Below, in pieces: positions 16,731 through 24,886 of a DNA stretch of 50,518 nucleotides (positions are counted from its first letter, which is position 1; each line of letters begins with the position of its first letter). The notes under the pieces were generated by a model, which did not search any database, was not told the origin of the DNA, and saw nothing but the letters and a program-made list of their open reading frames with translations. The DNA comes from a virus (lineage: Duplodnaviria > Caudoviricetes). The DNA is taken from the IMG/VR virus record IMGVR_UViG_3300012683_000004, positions 1 to 50,518 of that record; one strand, written 5' to 3'. Made by a program: the position numbers and the translations under genes.

Positions 16731-16813
16731 GAGTTTTGGCCTTTCCTAGGCCGCACATGAAGATCATGCCTATGATAAGGCCCAGTAGCAGGCCGTCGTC
16801 AAAAGTCATTGGG

Positions 16814-17098
16814 TCATCCTCCCATGTCGCCGTCGCCAGGCCTACTCTTCGACCTGGACCGTTCATCTTGCACACCGCGATTGTACGCATCTTCTGCTTC
16901 TATAACAAGCTTCCTCGCAATCAGTCTCGTTGCAACTGAGATGTCGTTGATCGCACAATGTAGCGCGTCTACTCCGGCAAGGCTTATGAAGTCGGAGTAC
17001 CTTATCTCTCTAAGAACCTGGTCAAGAGCCACGTCCAGATCCTCGAGACTCTGAACTGCTTGGTCGGCTGTCACGTTTCTCCTTTGAGCGTATCCCAC
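16814..17098 (-). CDS. Hypothetical protein
   Basis: 94 aa helical ORF. Confidence 0.6.
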   Translation of the reverse strand: MGYAQRRNVTADQAVQSLEDLDVALDQVLREIRYSDFISLAGVDALHCAINDISVATRLIARKLVIEAEDAYNRGVQDERSRSKSRPGDGDMGG

Positions 17099-17268
17099 TC
17101 CTCGTCAGTGATACCGCTCTTAATGAACTCTCTATCGCCAGGTGAGAGTTCTGGGAACACTACTTGGAGTAGCCCCCCGTCGTAGTAGGCCATCATCTGT
17201 TGCTCCGTGACGGGGAGTTCCTTGGTCCTGCGAACTCCTGTCAGCATCGAGGCCCGAGTGATCTTCAT
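17071..17268 (-). CDS. Conserved small phage protein (..FP.L....REFI.SGIT.EEWD)
   Basis: Recognisable motif; ATG 17268 with ATGA coupling. Confidence 0.8.
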   Translation of the reverse strand: MKITRASMLTGVRRTKELPVTEQQMMAYYDGGLLQVVFPELSPGDREFIKSGITDEEWDTLKGET

Positions 17269-17429
17269 GGCTCGGTACCGACAATCGTCACTGTACCTTC
17301 TGTGTACGGCCTCCCATCTGGGGGCGCCTCCCATTCGACGCACTTGGCAGCGCCGCAGCCGCCGTCCAGATCCACCTGAGCGTCGACGTTGAACTTCAAC
17401 AGCTCGATGATTAGCTCTCGTACTGTCAT
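17265..17429 (-). CDS. Small phage protein (MTVRELIIEL..., 54 aa, not in track)
   Basis: Common MTV.ELI..L N-terminus; ATGA coupled on both sides. Confidence 0.7.
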   Translation of the reverse strand: MTVRELIIELLKFNVDAQVDLDGGCGAAKCVEWEAPPDGRPYTEGTVTIVGTEP

Positions 17430-17605
17430 AGTATCTCCCGCTTCACGTTGAGCTGCGCTAGTTCGACGTCATCGGCAGAACAGGCTTCCTGCGCCTTCGC
17501 GAACGCCTCGGCCAGTTCGAGTGAGTCGAATGGGCCGTAGACGATTCTGATGCACGCCGGATGCAGGTCTCCGCCTTCCAGGACTACCCACTGGTTGGTG
17601 CTCAT
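17426..17605 (-). CDS. Hypothetical protein
   Basis: YGPF.S.E.A..F motif; ATGA coupled. Confidence 0.65.
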   Translation of the reverse strand: MSTNQWVVLEGGDLHPACIRIVYGPFDSLELAEAFAKAQEACSADDVELAQLNVKREIL

Positions 17606-17967
17606 CTGTACTCGTCCCTCCATCCGTGCGGCAGATTGCAGTTGCTCGGCGCGTCGCGAAAGAGCGGAGCGATGGCTTCATCTCGATATCCTGCCAGTCC
17701 GCAGCCGACTCTTGTCACGTCGAACTCCAGCTCAGAATGATCTTGCGCGTAGCAGAGGAACCTGACGACTGCAACTTCTATCGCAGGTAGTGATCGAACG
17801 CGAACGTGGCTATCCTTCGTGGGTATGGCATAGCTACTGCCAGTCCGTCCTTCACCCACACCTTTCTCGGCTCCGTGGTATCTCGCCGCGTGTGCTGCTG
17901 CACCTGCACCGTGCATGCCGGCGAGATTAGACCCGAAGACGAAGATCCGACTATCTCGGTTGTGCAT
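17602..17967 (-). CDS. A1S_2505-family phage protein (macrodomain-like)
   Basis: IFVFGSNLAG.HG.GAA...G.G.G..G.SYAIPTK...F..YA..H..F.VT..GCGLAGY. Confidence 0.85.
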   Translation of the reverse strand: MHNRDSRIFVFGSNLAGMHGAGAAAHAARYHGAEKGVGEGRTGSSYAIPTKDSHVRVRSLPAIEVAVVRFLCYAQDHSELEFDVTRVGCGLAGYRDEAIAPLFRDAPSNCNLPHGWRDEYR

Positions 17968-18292
17968 GTTGAGGCTTAACCCCCAATCTTGTAGTCAGCG
18001 CGTCCAGGGCCAGGAAGTACTGTTGAGATGGCAGAGTGATGTGCAAGATGGTGTAGTTCTTTATCTGCCGCGTAGGAGGCAGTTCGCCTCGCATCGACTG
18101 AAGGAACCACTCCGTTTCGAGCCACAGCTGCTCTGCCCATAGCCTGGCTAGATGCACATGACTCGCAAAATACTGAGCCAGATTCACTGGCAGATCGTCT
18201 GCTCGTGCGCGTAGCGGAGCTTTCTCGGCTGGCGGCTGCGCCTTGCGCTGCGCGCGAGTCCACTTGGCACGGAGGAGATACTTATTTAGCAT
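17951..18292 (-). CDS. Hypothetical protein
   Basis: GGAGG RBS before ATG 18292. Confidence 0.6.
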   Translation of the reverse strand: MLNKYLLRAKWTRAQRKAQPPAEKAPLRARADDLPVNLAQYFASHVHLARLWAEQLWLETEWFLQSMRGELPPTRQIKNYTILHITLPSQQYFLALDALTTRLGVKPQHAQPR

Positions 18293-18452
18293 CGTCCACC
18301 TCCTCGAAGCGCAGTCTGGCTCGCTTTGGTGGCTCCTCACCGACGTCCGACTTGGCAATGTAGAAGATGAACCCATTTTCGGAACCTGTAGAGTAGCTAT
18401 ATTTGTAGTAGTTCCGAGTCGTCCCGACGAGCCGCGCTTCGCGTTGGATCAT
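18282..18452 (-). CDS. Small hypothetical protein
   Basis: ATGA coupled. Confidence 0.6.
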   Translation of the reverse strand: MIQREARLVGTTRNYYKYSYSTGSENGFIFYIAKSDVGEEPPKRARLRFEEVDDAK

Positions 18453-18730
18453 GGCCAGGTGACAGGGCCTTCGTAGTCGCCCCATCCCTCCATGCTTCGC
18501 AAGCGTGACTCAGAGTCCCAAGCCTGGTCAGGAACATCTCCGTCTCGATGGTCGGCTGCGCCGAGGTCCGAGATAGGCTTGGAATAATCAGGGGAATCTT
18601 CTTCTACTTCGCCATCGCAGAACTGACAGTCCGCGTCGATCTCGGAGTTCGTCGATCTGCACACTCCACAGATCCACGTGCCGGGCTCGTAATCTCCTGG
18701 CCCTTCGATGTCGTCAAAGGATGTTGTCAT
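18449..18730 (-). CDS. Acidic protein with RanBP2-like Zn finger
   Basis: W.C..C...N......C..C. Confidence 0.65.
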   Translation of the reverse strand: MTTSFDDIEGPGDYEPGTWICGVCRSTNSEIDADCQFCDGEVEEDSPDYSKPISDLGAADHRDGDVPDQAWDSESRLRSMEGWGDYEGPVTWP

Positions 18731-18750
18731 CTGACACTCCCATGTCATGA

Positions 18751-18770
18751 CTGGTACGGATTTGTACCAG
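18751..18770. promoter_or_regulatory. Palindromic site #4
   Basis: CTGGTACGGATTTGTACCAG. Confidence 0.75.
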
Positions 18771-18773
18771 TGG

Positions 18774-18902
18774 TTAGATCCTGCTCGGGTGATTCGCCTC
18801 CAGTCTGTCCGACTCCTCCAGCGCTTCAGCGATACGAGTCAGATTCTTCCGTATCGCTTGCATCTCGTCCAGGATCGCCCGGTCGTAGTCATTTGGGGGC
18901 AC
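18774..18902 (-). CDS. Small coiled-coil protein (42 aa, not in track)
   Basis: MPPNDYDRAILDEMQAIRKNLTRIAEALEE...; GGAGG RBS. Confidence 0.6.
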   Translation of the reverse strand: MPPNDYDRAILDEMQAIRKNLTRIAEALEESDRLEANHPSRI

Positions 18903-18951
18903 TTGGAACCTCCCGGTTCAGTTGTTATGGGCCATACCTTTCCAATATGGA

Positions 18952-18980
18952 AAGATACATTGAGCGCAATCAACATGCAA
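18952..18980 (-). promoter_or_regulatory. Sigma70-type promoter overlapped by a hairpin
   Basis: TTGCAT-17 nt-TATCTT; CTTTCCA-TAT-TGGAAAG inverted repeat over the -10/+1 region. Confidence 0.55.
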
Positions 18981-18999
18981 GAGTAGTGCATTGCGTGCA

Positions 19000-19287
19000 T
19001 CAAACCACTAGCGTCACCTCAACCCAGCGCGCAGACATCCACTCCTCCATTGACTTTACCGGCACGCTGCCTCCAGTGAGATCAGCCTTCTCCTTCCTTC
19101 CCAGGAATGTCATCTTGGCTAGTTCCAGCTTCTGCTGGATCATCATCTTTGCGTCCTCCACCGTCTTCGAGAAAAGCAAGGGCCTTACGCTCGGCCTCGT
19201 TGAGTACACCAGCACCATGCTGATCTCGCTTCCTTGGGAGAGCGCCAGTGTCTGCTCTGGTGTCTCCCACTTCGGCTGATCCGGCAT
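19000..19287 (-). CDS. Hypothetical protein
   Basis: 95 aa; overlaps the upstream gene's tail by about 200 nt. Confidence 0.5.
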   Translation of the reverse strand: MPDQPKWETPEQTLALSQGSEISMVLVYSTRPSVRPLLFSKTVEDAKMMIQQKLELAKMTFLGRKEKADLTGGSVPVKSMEEWMSARWVEVTLVV

Positions 19288-19819
19288 CTGGTTCCTTTCT
19301 GCCGATGATTCGAGTGGCCGGCTCCATGTAGTCTGCTTCTGCTATATCCTTGGTCGTTGCGAGCATCCGTGCGGCGACCACGACTATGGGTAGGCGTAGC
19401 AGATCGTCGTCGCTGACAGCCGCTAGCATACCAGAGACGAGTGTGGGCTTCAGCTGAGCATCTCGTGACCTGCCCCGGCGCATGCGCTCATCAGCTATGC
19501 GTTGCCGAAGTCCGAGCGGGAGTTCCTTTGAGACTAGCGTGTGGATAGAGTTAGTAGTTACTTGCTCCAGCGTCGCGAGCTGATTGAGGCTGGCTCCGGC
19601 GAGATATGCTGCAGCGATCTTCTTTCTCCGTATGCGATAGGCCATCATCTTCTCGTTCCACGTAGGTGGATTCATCTGCTGCCTACGCTCGATCTCAGCT
19701 TCTAGCCAGTCGAGGTCACCTGGGTGAGAGCGAATCTCCTCCGGCGTCATACGGAGCGCTTTAGCGCGGAAGTATAGCTCCTTAAGTCTAGCGCTGAGCT
19801 CCGGAGTGATATCTTTCAC
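19082..19819 (-). CDS. Putative HTH DNA-binding early protein
   Basis: I.AAYLAGASLNQLATLEQVTTNSIHTLV is HTH-like; first gene after a strong promoter. Confidence 0.65.
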   Translation of the reverse strand: MKDITPELSARLKELYFRAKALRMTPEEIRSHPGDLDWLEAEIERRQQMNPPTWNEKMMAYRIRRKKIAAAYLAGASLNQLATLEQVTTNSIHTLVSKELPLGLRQRIADERMRRGRSRDAQLKPTLVSGMLAAVSDDDLLRLPIVVVAARMLATTKDIAEADYMEPATRIIGRKEPDAGSAEVGDTRADTGALPRKRDQHGAGVLNEAERKALAFLEDGGGRKDDDPAEAGTSQDDIPGKEGEG

Positions 19820-19846
19820 TTCGCCCCCTCTCGCGAATGGGTAATT

Positions 19847-19875
19847 AATATAATAGTCCTACCCCGAGATGTCAA
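19847..19875 (-). promoter_or_regulatory. Sigma70-type early promoter
   Basis: TTGACA-17 nt-TATATT, same hexamers as the 15438-15466 promoter. Confidence 0.8.
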
Positions 19876-19912
19876 TAGATGTCCAGCTGTGTGATGATCG
19901 CTGGCGAATTAT

Positions 19913-20104
19913 TTATACATCAGCTCACTATCTAGTATTGCGCCCATTGTTCTGTTCGCCAGAGGCGCGCCGCAGCGTCGAGCTTTGGTTGTTCTCTCTC
20001 TCTCTCTCTCTCTCACTCTCAAGAAGGAAAAACGGCGCGCTCGCGTCTCGCACTCTATGGCACAGAACAATGGGCACCTTATTTACTAGTGAGCTGATGT
20101 ATAA
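19913..20104. repeat. Large nested inverted repeat enclosing a (CT)n tract; candidate origin
   Basis: 18-bp IR 19913-19930/20087-20104; 14-bp IR 19942-19955/20062-20075; inner GCGCGCCG/CGGCGCGC pair. Confidence 0.8.
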
Positions 20105-20141
20105 GTAGGTCGTGAGTGGTTTCAGTGACCACTGCGCGCAC

Positions 20142-20194
20142 AAAAAGAGAGCACACCTCGACAGCTGTGTAAGCCTGCCAAGATGTGCTCTCTT
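20142..20194 (-). terminator. Probable intrinsic terminator
   Basis: AAGAGAGCACA/TGTGCTCTCTT stem with a T-run on the minus strand, downstream of 20245-20625; the loop is long. Confidence 0.5.
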
Positions 20195-20244
20195 AATGTG
20201 TAGTCTGATCGGATCGCGTAGCGGCTACGTAGATGCTCCTCCTG

Positions 20245-20625
20245 CTACTGCGCCAGTGCCCACTCCACTGAGGCCTTGGCCGCTTCCTCCTGCGTCGCGT
20301 ACGCCTTACCATCCGCAGCGACGTACCTCGCAGGTGCTTCCTCGATGCCAAGCAGGTAGTTGACCAGCAACGTCTGCAGTTGGCCCGTGTCCTTCACGCC
20401 ACGATCAGCGGACGCATCGCGCACTATGCGCTGACCAATGACTCTGATCGAGGACCCGTCGAGTGCTTTCCTGATCACTCCGGGAAAAGCCTCCTCGAAC
20501 TTGGGAATGTTAGTGACCCTGAGCAGCGGGACCACGAATCCCTTTCCGTACTTGTGTACCGTCTCCGTCAGGAACTCGAACCCGAAATCTTCGGGCTTCG
20601 CGAGAATTGCGTTTTTCTCAGGCAT
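20245..20625 (-). CDS. Hypothetical protein, paralog of 13868-14308
   Basis: AAGGAG RBS before ATG 20625; LDGSSIRV..QRIVR motif. Confidence 0.8.
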   Translation of the reverse strand: MPEKNAILAKPEDFGFEFLTETVHKYGKGFVVPLLRVTNIPKFEEAFPGVIRKALDGSSIRVIGQRIVRDASADRGVKDTGQLQTLLVNYLLGIEEAPARYVAADGKAYATQEEAAKASVEWALAQ

Positions 20626-20784
20626 GGTGAAAGTGCTCCTTTTCTGGGTTAGAAAGGTGGACGCTTCCGCCACGCGTTCCGGTTCAGATTCCACCGCATG
20701 GTCGAGGGCCGAAGGGGCTCGCGTGTCGTGTGTCGAACAATCGACGTTTTCACACGATAGGGGTCGTACCCGTTCGTTGCATCC

Positions 20785-21200
20785 CCGCATGTTGCCATGC
20801 GTGTATGTTGATGGCCCACCACGTCGGTGGGTTCGACGACATGTAATGCACGTTCAGTGCCACGGTGTTAACATGTTGTGTGGCAACATGTTGCGATATT
20901 AGCGATATGCCATTTCTGACACATTTGGCATACAACTTTCCGTAACATGTTGCATGACATCATGTTGCGATGTTACAACTTTGTATCATTGCCGCAGCGT
21001 GCAAGATATTGCATGTTGGCATGGCGGCGACTGACATCATCGCGACTGTGTCACGACATCGTGGCCACGCCACCCAGCTGTCACGACGCCGTCGCGATGA
21101 TGTCGCTAATGGCGATCGACTGGCACCGTCACGACGGTGTCGCCACCAACATGTGGGCATGGGCAGCGAATGCCCATGTGAAGGTACCCCCCATAGCCCC
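20785..21200. repeat. Repeat-dense non-coding switch region (candidate packaging/terminus region)
   Basis: AACATGTT x3, further CATGTTG copies, GTCACGAC x3, 14-bp IR 21033-21046/21091-21104. Confidence 0.7.
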
Positions 21201-21263
21201 GAAGTCAGCTGCCAGGAAAGGGAAAGCTGCTCTCAACAATCCGCGAGAAAGAAAAACTCTCCT

Positions 21264-21283
21264 CTTGTACAAACCCGTACTAG
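21264..21283. promoter_or_regulatory. Palindromic site #5
   Basis: CTTGTACAAACCCGTACTAG, upstream of the late promoter. Confidence 0.75.
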
Positions 21284-21314
21284 TGGCACTTCGCGCCGAG
21301 GGACCATTCCCCTA

Positions 21315-21343
21315 TTGTGTCTTTGATAGAAAAGTGTTATATT
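21315..21343 (+). promoter_or_regulatory. Putative promoter for the morphogenesis arm
   Basis: TTGTGT-17 nt-TATATT with extended -10 TG. Confidence 0.5.
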
Positions 21344-21457
21344 GGGGCGAATGCGAGAGAAGCGGACAACTGCCGACACTCAACGTGTGGTAGATAAGTA
21401 GTGAGTACGCCCAGACGCTGATAGCGATGGCGGTATATCTAAAGGAGAGGTCTTAGT

Positions 21458-22147
21458 GTGGCATGCGAGCGTGCATCCCGTCGAGAGATCTTTCGACAGA
21501 TCCGTCCCGGACCTCGGGCGCGCCTTGCGGCGAGACTATACGCCAGTGGCGCGGTGCCTACCAAGCGCGCAGCCTGCGAAGCAGTCGGACTCCACCCTAG
21601 CTACCTCACTATCTTGAGCTCCTCCGGGAACGAGACGATCAATCGTCTCATGGCCGAGGTCGATGAGCAGATCGGCGACGAGACGATAGCGACAGCTGTG
21701 GTGATACAGAAACTGTCGCGTAAGGCCCTGATGACAATCAAGGACCTTATGACCTCCTCCAACGAGCACATATCGCTCAAAGCCGCATCAGATATCCTGG
21801 ACCGCAACACTGAGACGTCGAAGACTCTGAAGGCCCAAGTCACCACCTTCCACATCGACTCCGAAGATGCCAAGGCCCTCGCAGCGGCGCTCGTAGAAGG
21901 CGCCAAGGCGAAGGAGAAGTTCGCTGGCCAGGCACTAGGAGATGTGGTCACAAAGGAGCTCACCGATGGCGAGCCGACGCGGTCGCAAGCACAAGACGGG
22001 AGCAACGGGAGCGAGCATCACGAGGAACATCATGAAGGCGGCGAAGAGCAAGGGCGGGGGAATGGGAGCAGGGGCTTCGCCGAGAGAGGGCAGACGCCGT
22101 CCAAAGGGGATGAACCGCTCCGGGACGATACCAGGGTACTGACATGA
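21458..22147 (+). CDS. Probable terminase small subunit
   Basis: N-terminal HTH (TKRAACEAVGLHPSYL), L.AA.DILDR motif, upstream of TerL. Confidence 0.65.
   Translation: MACERASRREIFRQIRPGPRARLAARLYASGAVPTKRAACEAVGLHPSYLTILSSSGNETINRLMAEVDEQIGDETIATAVVIQKLSRKALMTIKDLMTSSNEHISLKAASDILDRNTETSKTLKAQVTTFHIDSEDAKALAAALVEGAKAKEKFAGQALGDVVTKELTDGEPTRSQAQDGSNGSEHHEEHHEGGEEQGRGNGSRGFAERGQTPSKGDEPLRDDTRVLT
21966..22142 (+). CDS. Small highly basic protein overprinted on the TerS tail
   Basis: AAGGAG RBS then MASRRGRKHK...; stop lies just before the next start. Confidence 0.55.
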   Translation: MASRRGRKHKTGATGASITRNIMKAAKSKGGGMGAGASPREGRRRPKGMNRSGTIPGY

Positions 22148-22341
22148 ACCCAACAGGCGGAGTAGTACTCTTCACGGCGATCGAGGTCGTGACAATGGTT
22201 GGCTGGCTAGCGCTAGCGCTACGTGGCCATTCGTTCGCCGCGATCGTAGTCCTCATCGTCGGACTCTTCCTCGAACATCTCGTCTCCTACAACGTCGGCA
22301 CAGGGCAGCCCTCATTCCGGTTTCCGCTGAGGCGGCCCTAG
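22144..22341 (+). CDS. Small two-TM membrane protein
   Basis: Two hydrophobic helices. Confidence 0.65.
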   Translation: MNPTGGVVLFTAIEVVTMVGWLALALRGHSFAAIVVLIVGLFLEHLVSYNVGTGQPSFRFPLRRP

Positions 22342-22344
22342 CAG

Positions 22345-23970
22345 GTGCTCAACCCGGAGAAGGACCTGCCTCGTCTGGATGACGCCCTGGTGCGTAGCAC
22401 CTCGGAGGACATCCGTCGTGACCTGGCCGAGGCTGCGTCGCGCAACCTGTACATGTTCTGTAAGGGCGTCCTAGGCTACTCGGACCTGACCGAGAACTGC
22501 CACGGGGCGCTCTGCACCTGGCACGATCAGAACGCTTCGCGATTCAAGCTGACATTGATGCCGCGTGGCCACCTCAAGACCACCTGCATTACCATCGGCA
22601 AGAACATGCAGAAGGTAGTGCAGAACGCTGAGGCGAGGATACTGATAGCCAACGAAACTGCCACTAACGCGCAGCGATTCCTGTCCTCGATCCGTGCTCA
22701 CGCTGAGTCGAATCGAAAGTTCCGCACGCTCTACTCGTACCTGATCCCTACCGATCCGAAGCAGTGGAGCCTAGAAGCCCTGACCTTCGCGCGCCGAGGC
22801 GTCTACGCGTCTCCCACATTCGATGCTATCGGGATGACAGGCGCGATGACCTCGCGACACTACACGCACCTCTCGCTAGACGACCTGATCTCGGAAGAGG
22901 CCGCGAAATCTAAGCTGATCATGGACGACGTCATTACCCGTATCTCCAAGTTGATGTCGCTCATGGATCGGCCGGGAGTAGACACTGTCGATATCACCGG
23001 GACTCGATGGGCCTTCTACGACGTCTACTCCTACTTCATGGAGCGCTTCGGCGCGAAGATCTCTCGCTACATCCGCGCAGCGATCGAAGAGGACGAGCCA
23101 ATCTGGCCAGAGCGCTTCTCGCTCGACACCCTCGCAGAGATCCGTAACGATCCGCATATGGGAGAGTACATGTTCAGTTGCTTGTACATGAACTCCCCTC
23201 GCAACGCGGAGGTCCAGGACTTCAATGTGCAGGACCTCAAGTTCTGGCGCTGGTCGGACAACGAAGAGTCTATAGTTCTGTACGACCGGAACGGCGACGT
23301 TGAAGAAGTAGTGGAGCTCACGGACCTCGACATTACCACCACTGTCGACGTGCGCTACGGCGAGAAACTCGACACGGACCGGGACGCGATCGTAACCTGT
23401 GGCACGACCGAAGGCGGCAAGGCCATTGTCCTCGATGCATGGGGCAAGAGGAGCAATCCTCTCGAGGTGGTATCACACCTCATTTGGACCATCCGGCGTT
23501 TCACGCCGCGCTGCATCGGTATCCAGAAGGTCGGCTACGAGATGTCGCTAAAGTATCATCTCCAAGCAGAGTGCGAGCGTCAGGGAGTCTACTGTCGAGT
23601 CGTCCCAGTCAAGCCTGGCGGGCCAGCGAAGAGTCACATCAGGGGCCTTCAGCCCGTAGCTGCGACGGGACGATTCTACGTGTCCCCAACTCAGCACCTG
23701 CTCCGTAACGAGCTCTCCGAGTTCCCGCTGGGCCAGTTCGACGACGTCGCGGACACGGCTGCTCTGCAGCTGCAGCTCTGGCGTGGCATCCTCTCTCCAG
23801 AGCGCATGACGCGCTACGCGGAGTCGGAGGCCAAGGTCCTGCGGGGCCTCTCAGGTGGCCGGCTCGATCGTGCAGCTATCGCCTCTATGACGCCGTCCGA
23901 GCTAGAAGACGCCGGTATCGACGTGGAGGACATGCGCTATGGAGAGATCACTGGAGTCGAGATCTCGTGA
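22345..23970 (+). CDS. terL: Terminase large subunit
   Basis: MPRGHLKT Walker A, LSLDDL Walker B, GTRW..D, C-terminal nuclease FP.G.FDDVAD. Confidence 0.93.
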   Translation: MLNPEKDLPRLDDALVRSTSEDIRRDLAEAASRNLYMFCKGVLGYSDLTENCHGALCTWHDQNASRFKLTLMPRGHLKTTCITIGKNMQKVVQNAEARILIANETATNAQRFLSSIRAHAESNRKFRTLYSYLIPTDPKQWSLEALTFARRGVYASPTFDAIGMTGAMTSRHYTHLSLDDLISEEAAKSKLIMDDVITRISKLMSLMDRPGVDTVDITGTRWAFYDVYSYFMERFGAKISRYIRAAIEEDEPIWPERFSLDTLAEIRNDPHMGEYMFSCLYMNSPRNAEVQDFNVQDLKFWRWSDNEESIVLYDRNGDVEEVVELTDLDITTTVDVRYGEKLDTDRDAIVTCGTTEGGKAIVLDAWGKRSNPLEVVSHLIWTIRRFTPRCIGIQKVGYEMSLKYHLQAECERQGVYCRVVPVKPGGPAKSHIRGLQPVAATGRFYVSPTQHLLRNELSEFPLGQFDDVADTAALQLQLWRGILSPERMTRYAESEAKVLRGLSGGRLDRAAIASMTPSELEDAGIDVEDMRYGEITGVEIS

Positions 23971-24350
23971 TCGTGACGCCTCGTACAAATTTGTACAAGG
24001 CACACGCGCCGCAGGTGCTTGCCCAAATGGCGGCGCTATTGCGGAAGAGGAGGAGGCTGAAGATCTCTCGGACGGCGTTCCTGGTTGCGTGGTCCGTAGC
24101 CCGGAGGATGCTTGAGCGTACTCCAGAGTATCAAGCGTTTCGTCAGGCGGTTCTGGTACGAGACAGGTTCCTATGCAAGTCTTGTCATCGCCCTGCTCAT
24201 ACTGTGCATCATCGTAGGCCTGTGGTGCGTTTTCTTTCTCTCGCTCTTTGTCCGTCAAACGGCGAGGTGAAATGCCATGAGTGCCATGCCCTCATTCACC
24301 CGCACCTACGAAAAGCGGGCGAGATGGTGAACCTGGCTGCGACTGCCTAG
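23967..24350 (+). CDS. HNH endonuclease (start uncertain)
   Basis: VL.RD..CKSC....VHH......SNG..KCHECH..IH. Confidence 0.85.
   Translation: MIVTPRTNLYKAHAPQVLAQMAALLRKRRRLKISRTAFLVAWSVARRMLERTPEYQAFRQAVLVRDRFLCKSCHRPAHTVHHRRPVVRFLSLALCPSNGEVKCHECHALIHPHLRKAGEMVNLAATA
23980..23999. promoter_or_regulatory. Palindromic site #6
   Basis: CTCGTACAAATTTGTACAAG. Confidence 0.75.
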
Positions 24351-24368
24351 GCTAGGCAGGAGGAATAG

Positions 24369-24539
24369 ATGCCCCTAAAGAAGGGACGCTCTCGGAAGAC
24401 AATATCTTCCAATATCCGAGAGCTCCACAAAGGGCCGCGCTATGCGGCCACGCGATCTGAGCACGGGAAAGACACGGCCAACGCACAGGCCATCGCTATA
24501 GCACTCAAGACGGCCCGAAAGGCCAGGAGGAAGAGATGA
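24369..24539 (+). CDS. Small basic phage protein (MPLKKG.S.K.IS.NI.EL...QAIAIAL family; not in track)
   Basis: 56 aa, GGAGG RBS, ATGA coupled. Confidence 0.85.
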   Translation: MPLKKGRSRKTISSNIRELHKGPRYAATRSEHGKDTANAQAIAIALKTARKARRKR

Positions 24540-24886
24540 GATCACTGCTAGTGCTGGTGCTATTGCAGATCGGCGCTCCCAGCGCAGTCTCGCTACTCAT
24601 CCAGGCCGCGGTAGCGATAGTAGTGCCTGCCCTCGCCGCTTACATCCTGACGGCGGTCTCAAAGACCTACGCGCCCGTCGCCAAGTGGGCCGACTGGGAG
24701 AAGCGTCTGCTCGCCACCGTCTACGCCATCTGCATGGCCGGCCTTGGCCACGCTCTCGGCCTCCATCTTCCAGACGCATGGGGCACGCTGAGCTCTGTCG
24801 ACGTCCAGGCAATCCTGAACGCCGGCGTAGCGATGCTGCTCCACCGTATCTTCAAGGGGCCGGCGCTGCCGGGATCAGTAGCATGA
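24536..24886 (+). CDS. Holin-like membrane protein
   Basis: Three or four hydrophobic segments in 116 aa. Confidence 0.55.
   Translation: MRSLLVLVLLQIGAPSAVSLLIQAAVAIVVPALAAYILTAVSKTYAPVAKWADWEKRLLATVYAICMAGLGHALGLHLPDAWGTLSSVDVQAILNAGVAMLLHRIFKGPALPGSVA

Noticed and set aside
20785-21200. CRISPR array
   Set aside because: Repeats are 7-14 bp, irregular and of mixed orientation, with no constant-length spacers.
24685-24882. First 66 aa of the 563-aa ORF
   Set aside because: Overlaps the membrane-protein gene; ATG 24883 (ATGA coupling, signal-like N-terminus) is the better start.
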